From sequence record PP885733.1: a stretch of DNA of 64,000 nucleotides; one strand, 5' to 3'. A program made the position numbers and the translations under genes. Under the pieces are notes generated by a model, which saw only the letters and a list, made by a program, of their open reading frames with translations, made no database searches and was not told the origin of the DNA. Positions 17,960 through 29,011 of the stretch are shown here, one piece after another (the first letter of the stretch is position 1; every line of letters starts with the position of its first letter).

Positions 17960-19519
17960 ATGAGTGAAGTTCAACAACGTACTGACGATGAATCCGTAGA
18001 GCTGGGGACTGTTCTCCAGCTCGCTCCACACGAACCACGTACTAAGGTGAATGCCGAAGATGGTGGTCCGTCCGATGGAAAGGGATACATCTCTTTAGAT
18101 GAAGTTTATGAGCAAGCCGGTACCGAGTCTATCGCTATCCTGGCTGCCAACTGCGCAGAGTTCTCCAAGAACCGTCGCCTATCTCCAGCAGGGATGTCTG
18201 TACTGCGTCTGGACGGTTGTGAATCGTTCATGCCTGGCTTTGATCGCCTGAATGGTATCAAGGGCGGAGAGAGCTTTGTAGACGCTCTGAAGAAAGGCTT
18301 CCTGGTTGTTATCAAAGTTATCAAGACCACGATCATCAAGATCCTGGACTGGTGTGTCAGCAAGATCCGTATCATGCTGGGCTTTGAGAAGACCGAGAAA
18401 GAAATCGCCATCGTAGCAGAACAAACTAATAATGCACAAGGTGCTGTTAGTCGTCTGCTGACTAAGATCTCCGAAGGTGTCGGATTCAAGTTCGACTTCA
18501 ATGAGTTCTACGATAGTCTGCCTCCAAACGTAACCAGCGGTGAGATCTTTAACATCGTTCATGCTCGTGGTCGTAATGCCGCAGCACAGGTTGAGAAACT
18601 CGCTACTCTGAAACCAGTCATCGCTTCTGCTACAGAAGAACTGATGAAAGCTGGCCAGGTTGCTCGCAATGCTCGTTCTAAGTACAAACGTGCTGTTGAC
18701 GAACTACGTGAAGCAGCCAAAGGTGATGTGAGTGAAGCTGACATCATCAAGTTCCGTAACGCACTGGAATCTGAAGTTGCTGGGTCTCTGGATCCGAGCG
18801 CAATGACCAAAGCCACTAGTCAGTTGCTGACTGAGATCTACAACATCGATCTAAAAGGCACCGGTCTGGATTCTACCATCAAAGGTCAGATGCAAGAGTT
18901 CCGTCAGCAGGTAGCCGAAAGCCAACCTCTGGTTCTGGATCCTGCATTGGCAAAACGCATCATGGAACTGAAAGGTTCTATCCATAAAGTGATGGCTGCT
19001 TCTGCAATGACCAAGTACGATCCTGAAGAGATGAAAGCTCTGAAAGATCTCATCAACGTAGCTGATGCTGAACTCCTGGAAACTATCTCCACTAAGACAG
19101 GTAAAACTGGTCTGCTGGAAATGGGTTACACCGAGTACTCCAACATCATCTCTACCTACGTACAACACGCTGATCTGTTGTCATCTATTCTGACCACTAC
19201 CAAGAAGACTATGGCTTCTCTGGCTAAGTGGACGAACAACGTTGACAAACTGACTACAGCTTACGTAGCTGATGACATCCGCAAGATCATCTCTGTTCAG
19301 AATGAAATCTTTGGTGAAGACGCTAAAGAGTTCGTTACCGATAAAGGTAACCTGAACACAGTGGTTGATTACGACGGTCTGTTCATTGCTCGTCATCCTA
19401 AGTTCGCTGCTGCTGTAACTGTGTGGCGCGCTGAAGGGGCTAAGCTGTATAAGAAATACAACGGCCTGTTCCGCGAAGTCAACAAACTGCTGGCATCTAT
19501 CGGCGTAAGGACTATCTGA
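17960..19519 (+). CDS. internal head protein (gp86-like) with GxE sites
   Basis: AGTES, DGCES, GGESF, followed by an amphipathic helix; helical body. Confidence 0.7.
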   Translation: MSEVQQRTDDESVELGTVLQLAPHEPRTKVNAEDGGPSDGKGYISLDEVYEQAGTESIAILAANCAEFSKNRRLSPAGMSVLRLDGCESFMPGFDRLNGIKGGESFVDALKKGFLVVIKVIKTTIIKILDWCVSKIRIMLGFEKTEKEIAIVAEQTNNAQGAVSRLLTKISEGVGFKFDFNEFYDSLPPNVTSGEIFNIVHARGRNAAAQVEKLATLKPVIASATEELMKAGQVARNARSKYKRAVDELREAAKGDVSEADIIKFRNALESEVAGSLDPSAMTKATSQLLTEIYNIDLKGTGLDSTIKGQMQEFRQQVAESQPLVLDPALAKRIMELKGSIHKVMAASAMTKYDPEEMKALKDLINVADAELLETISTKTGKTGLLEMGYTEYSNIISTYVQHADLLSSILTTTKKTMASLAKWTNNVDKLTTAYVADDIRKIISVQNEIFGEDAKEFVTDKGNLNTVVDYDGLFIARHPKFAAAVTVWRAEGAKLYKKYNGLFREVNKLLASIGVRTI

Positions 19520-20172
19520 TGTTAAAAGAAGAAATCTTTAGCCTGATTGAGAATTTGGCTATCGACCAGGACAAGTACAACAAGTTCAAAGAGTACGTCA
19601 TGGAGTTCACTCGTGGTGAACGCTGTAAGAAAGGCGTATTGGAGTTCGTTCACGATCTCTACAACTCTAAGACTGTTGAAGGTCTGGGTGAACTGGCTAT
19701 CGGCCTGTACACTGAGAAGTCCTGGCGTAACAGCGATAACCTTCGCTACTTCATCATGACTCATCCAATCACTGAAGGTTACCTCACTGCGTTGACCGAT
19801 CAACGTTATGTGTTGATGACCTCCATCGCTAAATACATCACTGACACTCATGATCGTATTCAGGAAAGTGAACTGGAAGACAAAGCAGAACGTCAGGTTT
19901 ACCTGCGTCGCGCTGTTGCACGTTTAATCAGCGTTCTCGAGACTCGTCCGAAGATCGATCTGGATACTATCGATTGGTCTGAAGTTGAGCCTTGTGAATG
20001 GACTGATTACCTGTGCACTACTCTGGATGAACTCTGTGCTCCAATCTGCGACAAACGTCGTATCAAAGAGTGGGCTGATGCATGGGGTGACACTCAGGGA
20101 CTGGACCAGGTACAGCAGCTGCGTTCTCTGCGTACTTATCTGAACTATCTCGATACGTTCTATCAGTACTAA
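19519..20172 (+). CDS. hypothetical protein (217 aa)
   Basis: TGATG coupling to the previous gene; followed by a hairpin. Confidence 0.8.
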   Translation: MLKEEIFSLIENLAIDQDKYNKFKEYVMEFTRGERCKKGVLEFVHDLYNSKTVEGLGELAIGLYTEKSWRNSDNLRYFIMTHPITEGYLTALTDQRYVLMTSIAKYITDTHDRIQESELEDKAERQVYLRRAVARLISVLETRPKIDLDTIDWSEVEPCEWTDYLCTTLDELCAPICDKRRIKEWADAWGDTQGLDQVQQLRSLRTYLNYLDTFYQY

Positions 20173-20182
20173 CAAACATATT

Positions 20183-20212
20183 CCCCTACCCTTCCTTACG
20201 GAGGGGTAGGGG
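20183..20212. terminator. TACC/GGTA-family hairpin, bidirectional
   Basis: CCCCTACCCTTCC-TTAC-GGAGGGGTAGGGG between convergent genes. Confidence 0.8.
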
Positions 20213-20218
20213 TTATGC

Positions 20219-23152
20219 TTATTCTTCTGGCATGTGTTTACGGAACTGAACTTCAATATCTTCCTTGATAGAAAGATAACGGTCAACTGTCTGATCGATT
20301 ACTTTACGGATGCTGAAACCGTTAGTGGTGTCAACGTTAGTAATGATAGCGATAGAAGTTGTACCAGCCAGTGCGTTAACACGTACATCGATAAGGTCAG
20401 TACCAGCATTAGCACGCAATGCGCTTGCAATGGCGTTGATAGAGACCGTATCTTGACGCAACAAGTTGTTGATGATCTGATGCGACGAACTGGTAAGGTT
20501 ATCTTTAAGGTTCTCGTTACGCAGACCTTCTTTGGTAAGCGAGTAGATAACAGAGAACGACAGATCCGTTTTGAGATAACGTTCAACAGCTTCATCGATG
20601 ATAACACGGGTGAAGCCCATGGTAGAACGTGGCTTGAAGACAAGCTTCGTTTCATCGAGAGTGATCTTGTTGTACGCATCCAGTTGAGCAACTACTTCAT
20701 CCACGAAGAAGTCATCAACACGGTTCATGTAGTCCGTATCGTAGGTATCCTGAGAAACCATGTAGTTGAAGTCGAACCCAATGAAGTCGAAGTAGTACTT
20801 CATCTTGCGAGGTTCTAATGGAATCGGCTGATCCTTATCATCGTACATGGTCTGGCCTTTGAAGAACCGGATCATTGGTTTACCGTTTGCATCCAGCATC
20901 GGATCACCTTTACGATGAAGAAGCACTGCTTTACCGTCAACCACTACCAGCTTGCCATTTTCGTACTTGAACTCGTCTTCCTTATAGACTTCAGGAACAT
21001 CAGCAGTGTACTTCTTGTACTGTGCTTCACCGAGCATTGGACGGATACGAGTGTACAGTGATTCCAGAGGACGGCCAAACTCCATGGAGTACTCTGTTTC
21101 AATGATGGCAATGTGGGTGGTAGTGAACAGCGTCTGATCAATACGCATGTCGGAGTTAGACAGGAGAGTGCCTGTACCGCCACCATAGGTAAAGATGAAG
21201 TCAGCTGTTTCTTTCAGGTTAACACGGACTGAGTCCTGTGGACGACCGAACTGGTTAAAGCCCGCCAGGTCAATACGGTTATCTTCATCCACATCAAAGC
21301 GAGAAGGCATCCGGAATTCCCACAGACGTTCACCGTCCTTGTCTTTACCTAACAGAGTTCCTTTCATAGTTACAGGAGAATCACGACCAATCATCCCGAA
21401 GCCCAACTGAATACCCAACAGACTGTCATCCAGCTGTTTGTATGCATCAGAGGACTGAGTCTTCAGTGTGATGGTGTATCCTTTCTCATCAGCCACTGTG
21501 TTGATCTGTGCAACTGCAACCTGAATCCCCAACCCAACGTTCTCAAACCGGAAGGTCTGATACTTAATGTCTGGCTTACTCAGTCGATAGATACGAACCA
21601 CAGCACGATCACGAGTGGTATCGAATACGTAAGCGAATGGATTATAGACCATTGTCTTCGTAGCCAATGCATCGATCTTAGCCTGGTTAGTAGAGCCCAT
21701 CAGCTGATCATAGTCATGACGAGATACCAATGCAGGTGTCTGTTTGGTTATGTCGAATACAGAGCGCTGTAACAGCGTCATTCGCGAACCGTTGTCAATC
21801 CCCCATCCAGTTCCGATCATCTCTTCCAGAGACGTTAGGATTGATCCTACATGGGTACCGATGGATGAGTTAAACTTCGTGGTTGCATCGTCAGTGTAAA
21901 CCTTGTCTTCCTGTAAAGGCAGATCCTTGGTAACACGATACAGACGAGAAGTGACGAAGTCGATTGACTTAACAGATGAGTATCCGTTACGCAGCATGAA
22001 CTGAGACAGGTCAGAGTTACTAACCGGGATCAGACGCTTACGGTGACCATAGATGATCAAGTCCTTGATCTCTTGGAACGGAGTTGCTTTACGACCACCA
22101 GTGATTGGTTCGATGGAATCGATCAGTACATCGTTGATGGTAGCGAAAGGTTTCTCATACTGGTTCAGCGCGCCACGGTCATTGAAGTAATCGTAGTAGG
22201 CTGCTTTGTGATAATGAGACTTCAACGTAGTCAGGTCACGGTAGTATTCACCTTTAGTGGTGTACACCAGAATCGTAACACGACCAACACCTAACCCGTT
22301 CTGAATATAGACAGAAGGAACAGAGATCTCGAAAGAGTCATCCGTCTTCATATCTACAACCAGGGTTGGTTGGTTTGGATCGTAGATCTCGTTGTTGAAG
22401 ATAACTGCCATCTCATTACGACGAGTATCGCCGTCAGCAGTAATGAATGCACGCACTGCATAAAGACTATCTTCGAACTTGATAGTTTCACGCAGACCAG
22501 ATGCAATGCTGGATGGACGGTTAGAGTATTCCTTAATCGCCAACTGACGAACAGGGAGATGAATCGCCATATAAGAACGACGATCGATATCCATATACTC
22601 CACATCAGGAGTGTTCGTGGTTAACGGGTTCAGTGGCGATTGACGAGTGCTGTCATAGACAACCTGATAACCACCGTGGTCCATTACACGAATCTCTACT
22701 GGGTTTTCCAGCAGGAACTGAACACCACCAATGGTGAACTCAGTGTCTGGCGGAATAACCAGCTTACGATACGTGTTGTTTAAGTTACCGTCGACTTCAT
22801 CAAAGCGAACTGAAACCTGCTTCAATGTTTCTTCAGAAATGATGAAACGGATTTTGGTAGAGGAAGGTTCCCCATACACACCGTTCCAGTCATCATCCGA
22901 CATGTTCTTAGAAAGGTCACCGATATTGCGAGCATGTACTTCAAAGTTACCTGCTTCAACATCACCCAACTTGGAGATAAATCCATAGTTGGTACCAACG
23001 ACTAAGTCGACCATGTATGCAAAGGGATGACTGCCTGAGTTCAACGTACCCGAACCAGCCAAGAATGCAGACTCAACATCGTTGAAGATTCTTGGAATGA
23101 TTCGAGCAGGGTTGTTGGACAGTCGAGTTAATTCATCGAAATCCATTGACAT
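20219..23152 (-). CDS. baseplate wedge-type structural protein (phiKZ gp87-like)
   Basis: 977 aa, beta-rich; VYTTKGE..ITGGR motif typical of gp6/baseplate-J-like proteins; synteny. Confidence 0.6.
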   Translation of the reverse strand: MSMDFDELTRLSNNPARIIPRIFNDVESAFLAGSGTLNSGSHPFAYMVDLVVGTNYGFISKLGDVEAGNFEVHARNIGDLSKNMSDDDWNGVYGEPSSTKIRFIISEETLKQVSVRFDEVDGNLNNTYRKLVIPPDTEFTIGGVQFLLENPVEIRVMDHGGYQVVYDSTRQSPLNPLTTNTPDVEYMDIDRRSYMAIHLPVRQLAIKEYSNRPSSIASGLRETIKFEDSLYAVRAFITADGDTRRNEMAVIFNNEIYDPNQPTLVVDMKTDDSFEISVPSVYIQNGLGVGRVTILVYTTKGEYYRDLTTLKSHYHKAAYYDYFNDRGALNQYEKPFATINDVLIDSIEPITGGRKATPFQEIKDLIIYGHRKRLIPVSNSDLSQFMLRNGYSSVKSIDFVTSRLYRVTKDLPLQEDKVYTDDATTKFNSSIGTHVGSILTSLEEMIGTGWGIDNGSRMTLLQRSVFDITKQTPALVSRHDYDQLMGSTNQAKIDALATKTMVYNPFAYVFDTTRDRAVVRIYRLSKPDIKYQTFRFENVGLGIQVAVAQINTVADEKGYTITLKTQSSDAYKQLDDSLLGIQLGFGMIGRDSPVTMKGTLLGKDKDGERLWEFRMPSRFDVDEDNRIDLAGFNQFGRPQDSVRVNLKETADFIFTYGGGTGTLLSNSDMRIDQTLFTTTHIAIIETEYSMEFGRPLESLYTRIRPMLGEAQYKKYTADVPEVYKEDEFKYENGKLVVVDGKAVLLHRKGDPMLDANGKPMIRFFKGQTMYDDKDQPIPLEPRKMKYYFDFIGFDFNYMVSQDTYDTDYMNRVDDFFVDEVVAQLDAYNKITLDETKLVFKPRSTMGFTRVIIDEAVERYLKTDLSFSVIYSLTKEGLRNENLKDNLTSSSHQIINNLLRQDTVSINAIASALRANAGTDLIDVRVNALAGTTSIAIITNVDTTNGFSIRKVIDQTVDRYLSIKEDIEVQFRKHMPEE

Positions 23153-24232
23153 TTATTTCTCTACCCACCATGTTAATTTAATACCTGCCCTTGTTCTCGC
23201 TTTACCATTCTCACCAACTACATCGGCTTGACGAGGTAACAGTAAAGGATATGCACCGTAGTTATACTTGACATATTCTTTAGCGTTCAGTTCACGGTAG
23301 AACTGATCACGAGTCTCAGGACGGATACGAGGGTTATAAAGGAAACTGTGTTCGTTGAATGCCTGGATCAAACCCCACTCATCCTGACGTTGTCCTACAG
23401 AGGAAAACTGTACAGTAAAGTCATCCTGACCTTCACCACGAAGTGTGGTACCTGAGTTATCGATGCTAGCAATAGAACCAGCAGGATAAGTTACAGGGAT
23501 AGATTGAACTGTAGCGAAGATGTGTTCCAGGAACTCGCTATCCTTGTTCATGATGAGGTGGTAGATTCGACAGTCGAAGTCGATACGGTTACCCATCAGG
23601 TATTCATCACGAGGTGTGACTTGACGGTCACCAGAAACTACTTCAGAGATGTAGTCTTCCCAGTATTGGAAGAGACCTTGAATCACAGAAGGTTTCGGGT
23701 TGAAGTAAGTTTGCTGAATGGTTAAAGAACCGTTCTCTTCAAGCTTACTTGAGACGCGTTGATACACCTGGTCACGGATACCAGGTTCTGAAGTGTCTAC
23801 ACGGATTTGGAGATCCCCAAACCCCGTTGACGTTTTCAGGTATTCAGTCAAACAGACAATAAAAGGAATCTTGTTGTTTAAGAACAGCGGGTTATTTGCA
23901 GCAGCCCAACGTTCATCCAACATCCCTCTTATATATGCACCAATGCTGTACTGTCCAGCGCCATAAAGAGAAACCAGCTTCTCGGAACGACTGATATTGT
24001 CATCAGTAAGATTCAGCTGTGGCCTGGTGACCAGACTCAATCCTATGGTGTTATCAGCCATAGGCATCATTGCCGGGCCTTTACCGAGAATCCTTAATCC
24101 TCTTAGGGAGTTCATCAATGGTGAAGTAAAACCAGGAGAAGTTCCCGCCAATTGGGCAGCATTAAAGATTTCCTGCCTCTTTTCTAGGTTCTCCCCTGAA
24201 TAGTCTGTAAAATTATTTTCATTTTGGTCCAT
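23153..24232 (-). CDS. tail/baseplate structural protein (phiKZ gp88-like)
   Basis: Coupled to the 977-aa gene; FQYWEDYISEV..RIYHLIM..YPAG pattern resembles the tube/gp48-54 fold family (inference). Confidence 0.55.
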   Translation of the reverse strand: MDQNENNFTDYSGENLEKRQEIFNAAQLAGTSPGFTSPLMNSLRGLRILGKGPAMMPMADNTIGLSLVTRPQLNLTDDNISRSEKLVSLYGAGQYSIGAYIRGMLDERWAAANNPLFLNNKIPFIVCLTEYLKTSTGFGDLQIRVDTSEPGIRDQVYQRVSSKLEENGSLTIQQTYFNPKPSVIQGLFQYWEDYISEVVSGDRQVTPRDEYLMGNRIDFDCRIYHLIMNKDSEFLEHIFATVQSIPVTYPAGSIASIDNSGTTLRGEGQDDFTVQFSSVGQRQDEWGLIQAFNEHSFLYNPRIRPETRDQFYRELNAKEYVKYNYGAYPLLLPRQADVVGENGKARTRAGIKLTWWVEK

Positions 24233-24259
24233 AAACAAACCTCGAACGGAGCATATTTA

Positions 24260-25357
24260 ATGATTCCTCAAATTCTTTCCTTTGGGACTCTGTTGACCCA
24301 ATTGGCTAGTAACTTTGGTGTATCCAAAGATGGAGTAGATCAAGCCGGGCGGATCATTGATGGAGCTAAGGCGACATACAATGTTCTCAACACTGGCAGT
24401 CTTTCTCAGTCTGCGGCCAAGACTCTGATTGCACCTATGGTTGCTATCGAAGACACACTGTTGCACGCCGAATGGGCTACCGATCTCATGACTGTCATCA
24501 ACATGCGTGACATCAAAGATGCGTTAACTCACCTGGCTATGCAGGGCGAAGTAAATGGTATTAAAATCAGTCAGCTGGTTGAATCCATTAACCCGCGTCG
24601 TGCCGGTCTGTTAGCTCTGCGTGGTGCTGAAGCATTCGGGCTGGCTGAAGGTGCCTCCTATGCAGGTATGGAAGCTGATGCTCCTGCCGCTAAGAAAGGC
24701 GGTTCTACCAAAGTTGGTGGCGTTCCTAACCTGAACGAATATACCCCGCTGGCAGTTGGTCGTACTGTTGAAGCATCGGTAATGATCGATGGCCATCAGG
24801 TTACCTTCCCACTGAACTTCCGTCAGATTCCAATGCCGGTTACCTCAAACGATCTTCAAACGATTTTCGAGGCAGCTCGTCCGGAAGACGGTATGTTTGC
24901 ACGTTTCATGATGTGGCGTGCTGGTGAACTGACCAACCCAGAGTTCTTGACTGGCACTGACAAGATCAAGAAAGAGTTCAACATCCGTAAGAACGACATG
25001 TCCGGTTACTACGCTGAAGCGACTGATCGCGCAGCTAAGAACCGCAAAGCGGCTCTGTCCACCGGTATTGCATCTGTGAACACTCAGGCTAACACCATCG
25101 TTATGTCTGCTGACACAGCTCGCAACATCGAACTGGAGCTGGGTGTGCGTTTCGACGGTAGCGGTATTGCTAAGATCCGTAAAGCGGTTCTGGCTAACAC
25201 CATTGTTGTGTGCGATGACGGTATGGGTATCTATACCTTCTACAGTTCCGCAAGCAACATCCCGGAAGTTTACACCCGTAAAGAAATCACCGTAGCATCC
25301 AAGAAAGATACCTCTATGGATCTGCAATCCCTCATGAAAATGTTTGGTGGGCGTTAA
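24260..25357 (+). CDS. internal head/inner-body protein (gp89-like)
   Basis: RGAEA and AGMEA sites; strong codon bias; synteny. Confidence 0.65.
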   Translation: MIPQILSFGTLLTQLASNFGVSKDGVDQAGRIIDGAKATYNVLNTGSLSQSAAKTLIAPMVAIEDTLLHAEWATDLMTVINMRDIKDALTHLAMQGEVNGIKISQLVESINPRRAGLLALRGAEAFGLAEGASYAGMEADAPAAKKGGSTKVGGVPNLNEYTPLAVGRTVEASVMIDGHQVTFPLNFRQIPMPVTSNDLQTIFEAARPEDGMFARFMMWRAGELTNPEFLTGTDKIKKEFNIRKNDMSGYYAEATDRAAKNRKAALSTGIASVNTQANTIVMSADTARNIELELGVRFDGSGIAKIRKAVLANTIVVCDDGMGIYTFYSSASNIPEVYTRKEITVASKKDTSMDLQSLMKMFGGR

Positions 25358-25360
25358 TCA

Positions 25361-26239
25361 ATGATCATTATCAGCAAAACTCCAAAGATGGATGTACTGG
25401 CTGCCATCGACCGCGAACGCGCTCTGGCCCAGGGTATGCTGGATACTTTAACTCTTCTGAAGGACTCAGGTCCTGAAGCTCTGGCTAAGGTTGAAGGTCT
25501 GGTTGAGAAGAACGCTGTACTGAACAGCATCCAGAAAGAACTGAAGCGCACTATCGCTCCAAGCGAGTCTCTGCTTCACGCTCTGGAAGAAGCTCTCAAC
25601 AACCTGGTCATGTGGCTGCCAAAACTGCGTGTCCGTATCGAGAAGTCTAAGACTACTGTCTATGACGCCGAAACCCTGACCTTTAAAGAGAAGGGTATCC
25701 TGGATGTAGTTTCCTCTGTGAACTTCTACACCCGTTACGGTTCCATGGTTCTGGACATCCTGTTTACTCAGGCTCACAAAGAAGTTGCACTGAACAGCTA
25801 CCTTAATAAGGTAGACTTCAACTTCTTCAACGATACTGCCAAGTACTTCGTACGTCTGACTATCAAGTTCAACGATTCAGTATCCAACCTGGACGAAATG
25901 ATCTCTGACCTGTCTGACGAACTGTTCGATGGCATGTCTGAGCAGATCATCCGTGGTCAGTTGGGCGACAAGGGTGTATCGGTTCAACACAACCTGGCTC
26001 CTCACGAGCTGAACCCGCTGTACTGGTATAAGAACATGGTCATGAAGAAAGACGTTGCTTCTATCGCGTCCTCTCATGAGAAGATCGAAATGCTGGCAGC
26101 GAAGATCGCTCGTCTGAACAACCAACGCACTGGTCAGCAAGACCCGGCTCTGGAACGTGCTATCGAAACGTACCAGAACGAGATCATCAAGAACCAGGCT
26201 AAGATCCTGAACATCGAGGCTCGTTACAATGGCAAGTGA
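25361..26239 (+). CDS. internal head/inner-body protein (gp90-like)
   Basis: Helical ORF with a C-terminal coiled coil; synteny. Confidence 0.6.
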   Translation: MIIISKTPKMDVLAAIDRERALAQGMLDTLTLLKDSGPEALAKVEGLVEKNAVLNSIQKELKRTIAPSESLLHALEEALNNLVMWLPKLRVRIEKSKTTVYDAETLTFKEKGILDVVSSVNFYTRYGSMVLDILFTQAHKEVALNSYLNKVDFNFFNDTAKYFVRLTIKFNDSVSNLDEMISDLSDELFDGMSEQIIRGQLGDKGVSVQHNLAPHELNPLYWYKNMVMKKDVASIASSHEKIEMLAAKIARLNNQRTGQQDPALERAIETYQNEIIKNQAKILNIEARYNGK

Positions 26240-26768
26240 GTTTAAATATTTGAAATTCGGTCTGGTCCCTTTATCCCTGGATCACATGGGTAAGACCACG
26301 GCCGAACAGGTATTTAAAAGCTTCCTCTCTTCCTACGATGACTTCCAACTGATCGACGACTCACAAGCACACGCTGAAGTCTTTGCCATGGCTAAACGCT
26401 ATATCGGCTCTGACTTCCGCAACTGGCTGATTGTGAACTTCCGCAATGGCGGTGGTGCTCGTAAAGAGCTGGCTCGTAAGATCGTTGGCTTCATCAATGG
26501 TCGTATTGCTGGGCGTATGGTTATCAGTCAGATTAAAATCGACTTTAACCGTATCCAAAACCTCAGCATCAAAGGTGAGCCGATTGGTACCTCCATTATC
26601 TATGATCAGTACGATACTGCTCGTAACAAGTGGTTGGTTGAAGATGTTGACTTCTCCGCTATTGAAGATCGTCACGTCTTTGACTTCTTCGCACTGATTG
26701 GTCCTGAACTGGCCGCTAAGTTCTGCTTAAGCATGGACGGTGTGTTCTATGACCACAAACGTGATTAA
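26229..26768 (+). CDS. virion structural protein
   Basis: ORF overlapping both neighbours in the head operon. Confidence 0.7.
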   Translation: MASEFKYLKFGLVPLSLDHMGKTTAEQVFKSFLSSYDDFQLIDDSQAHAEVFAMAKRYIGSDFRNWLIVNFRNGGGARKELARKIVGFINGRIAGRMVISQIKIDFNRIQNLSIKGEPIGTSIIYDQYDTARNKWLVEDVDFSAIEDRHVFDFFALIGPELAAKFCLSMDGVFYDHKRD

Positions 26769-28023
26769 TGACCTGAAGATGGCCGAGATCTCCTTGGCCA
26801 AGGTCGAAAACGTTGACAAGCTTCAAGAAGAGGCAAAGGACCTTCTCTCCAACTACCGTACCTCTGTACGAGTGAAGGAAGAAGTGCAAAACGCTTTAGC
26901 CTCTATTGAAACTGCCCCTGACTACAAGATCACTCCCCAGATCGCACAGACCGTTGATAACACCATCAATCACAGTGCCACGCTGGTAGTTAAAGATGGA
27001 CAACCTCTGCTGCAAGTTCACGGGACTGAGGCTTTTGGTTTATCAATGGCGCCGAAAGAATGGCGCATCGTTCGTCTGGCTGCGCTCAAGGAGCTTTTGG
27101 CTGAGAACTATAAGAACATCAAGCGTTGGGCTAACTCGCTCTCTGAGAACTTCCAGCGCCGTTGGATTGAATTGATGACATCTACCGAAGTACTCGAAGG
27201 ACGTTTAGAGTCTCTCGATGGCACTATCGATGTTGTTGGTTCGATTAAAGACGGTGCTAAGAAGGTTCAGCTTAATGAACTTATCTCACGCACAATCTCT
27301 AAGAACGGCAAGGTGTTTACCAAAGACATCGCTAAGAACGTCCAGGGTGAAATCAACTACATCATGGGCTGTCTGAAAGTTTGGGAAATGGAACAGGTCA
27401 AGTTGAAGAACTCGATCATCCGTTACTTCGGTAATCCTCGCAATACTGATATCACTGATATCAACCGCGAGCTTCCTAAACTGTTCGATGTTAAAGGCGA
27501 TGCCGATACCAACGACGGTATGTTGATTTCCAAACGTACCAAAGAGTTGCTGGATGGTTATTACTTCCAAGGTGTGGCTTTGGATCCTAAATGGGTTCAG
27601 AAGTTCAAGAAGGAAGATGCTGATAACCAAACTCTCTATGCCGATAGCTTTGCGCTGACTGGCTACTCTGTTAACACGGGTAAAGAGAACAAGCTTGGTA
27701 AGACTGAGGTTGATGTCATGTCTCTGTCTGAGATCTATGTGCTCCGCGATATCGTAGAGAACATTATCTCCAAGCTGAAATCCATGAACGAAGAAAGCGA
27801 TCCGGTCAACTTTAACCCGGATGACGTTAAAGACGTTCTCAGCACTCTGAAAGAAACAGGCAGTGATGAACAACGTGCTTATCAGTACGGCTTGATTACC
27901 GCTGACTATCAGTTCGACGTGAACTCCTTCAAAACCGGTGTATCGAATATGCTGACCGTATTGGCCAGTCATCTGATCACCCTGATGAACATTCATCTGG
28001 AGTCTTACGACATTGAACTCTGA
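26749..28023 (+). CDS. internal head protein (phiKZ gp93/SPN3US gp53-type family)
   Basis: Propeptide ending HGTEAFG, then an amphipathic helix; start uncertain (GTG 26740 or ATG 26749). Confidence 0.6.
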   Translation: MTTNVINDLKMAEISLAKVENVDKLQEEAKDLLSNYRTSVRVKEEVQNALASIETAPDYKITPQIAQTVDNTINHSATLVVKDGQPLLQVHGTEAFGLSMAPKEWRIVRLAALKELLAENYKNIKRWANSLSENFQRRWIELMTSTEVLEGRLESLDGTIDVVGSIKDGAKKVQLNELISRTISKNGKVFTKDIAKNVQGEINYIMGCLKVWEMEQVKLKNSIIRYFGNPRNTDITDINRELPKLFDVKGDADTNDGMLISKRTKELLDGYYFQGVALDPKWVQKFKKEDADNQTLYADSFALTGYSVNTGKENKLGKTEVDVMSLSEIYVLRDIVENIISKLKSMNEESDPVNFNPDDVKDVLSTLKETGSDEQRAYQYGLITADYQFDVNSFKTGVSNMLTVLASHLITLMNIHLESYDIEL

Positions 28024-28975
28024 ACTGCGTGATGCAATTCGGAATCTGGAAATGGTGAGTGTCACTATCGATGGGCGAGAATCCTTCCTTAGTGACGCTT
28101 TATCCAAGATAGGTTCTGCAATCGTAAAAGAGGGCGCTAAAGCCGTAGCTGGCTTTGCTGTGGAGAAAACCGTCTCTGGCCTCAAATCTTTAAACACCAG
28201 TCTGATCAAGACACTCGGCACTCGTCGTATGCTTCTCTCTAACTTACTGTCCCGTGCAAGTAAGGGCGAGAACAAAGAGGAGATAACGTTCACAGGAACG
28301 ATCCTGAAGAACTATACGACTAACGGTAAGCCGTCTGGGTTAGTCCATGGTGTTGAAACCACTGTAGATATGTTTAAGGACGTTTTACAGTATGCCAAGG
28401 ATCTGGAAGCTTATTACAATAAAGAACTGGTTCTGATTCAAGGGATCACTTCTTTAAAGAACACTCAGGATGTGACTGAGATGTTAGGTAAGTTTGATGC
28501 TCTGAAATATCCCGTCCCAAAAGGTGGGGATGATCGTAGTGCTGAGGAAGTGACTTGGTTCCTTCCTGGCTCTCGAGCTATTACTTACACAACTGGTTCT
28601 CATAAGTTCTCATTCAGTACCAGAGAGCATGAAACCACCGTTGAAGATACTACTGAATCTTTTGCTCAGAGTGAATTCAAGGAACTCATCAAGAAGCTAA
28701 ATGAATTAGTTTCAATCTACAAAGGTGTCTCGGACGCCAATGACCATTATGCAGAGTACTTGAAGAAGTACAATACTGTGGTAGGTAAAGCATCCGAACA
28801 TCCAAGCTCTTTGCGTGGTGAAGTCTCCGCTTCATTACTCAACGACCTGGGATCCAGAATTGAAGGCAATACTTTGTTATTCACTTTCTACACTGGTTTT
28901 CTGGCGAAGGTGATGATTTACCTTGACGATTATGTGGAGACATTGTCGTCTCACCTGAGTAAACAATTTAATTAA
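28013..28975 (+). CDS. internal head protein (same family)
   Basis: DGRESFLSDALSKIG..; start uncertain (TTG 28013 or ATG 28052). Confidence 0.6.
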   Translation: MNSELRDAIRNLEMVSVTIDGRESFLSDALSKIGSAIVKEGAKAVAGFAVEKTVSGLKSLNTSLIKTLGTRRMLLSNLLSRASKGENKEEITFTGTILKNYTTNGKPSGLVHGVETTVDMFKDVLQYAKDLEAYYNKELVLIQGITSLKNTQDVTEMLGKFDALKYPVPKGGDDRSAEEVTWFLPGSRAITYTTGSHKFSFSTREHETTVEDTTESFAQSEFKELIKKLNELVSIYKGVSDANDHYAEYLKKYNTVVGKASEHPSSLRGEVSASLLNDLGSRIEGNTLLFTFYTGFLAKVMIYLDDYVETLSSHLSKQFN

Positions 28976-29011
28976 ATCGTTTTAAACATCTCTTTTTGAA
29001 AAGGTATTACT

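Noticed and set aside
27286-28293. 335-aa antisense ORF, and similar ones at 1244-2191, 4652-5473 and 48204-49250
   Set aside because: Fully nested opposite well-supported genes; compositionally mirror images of the sense codons.
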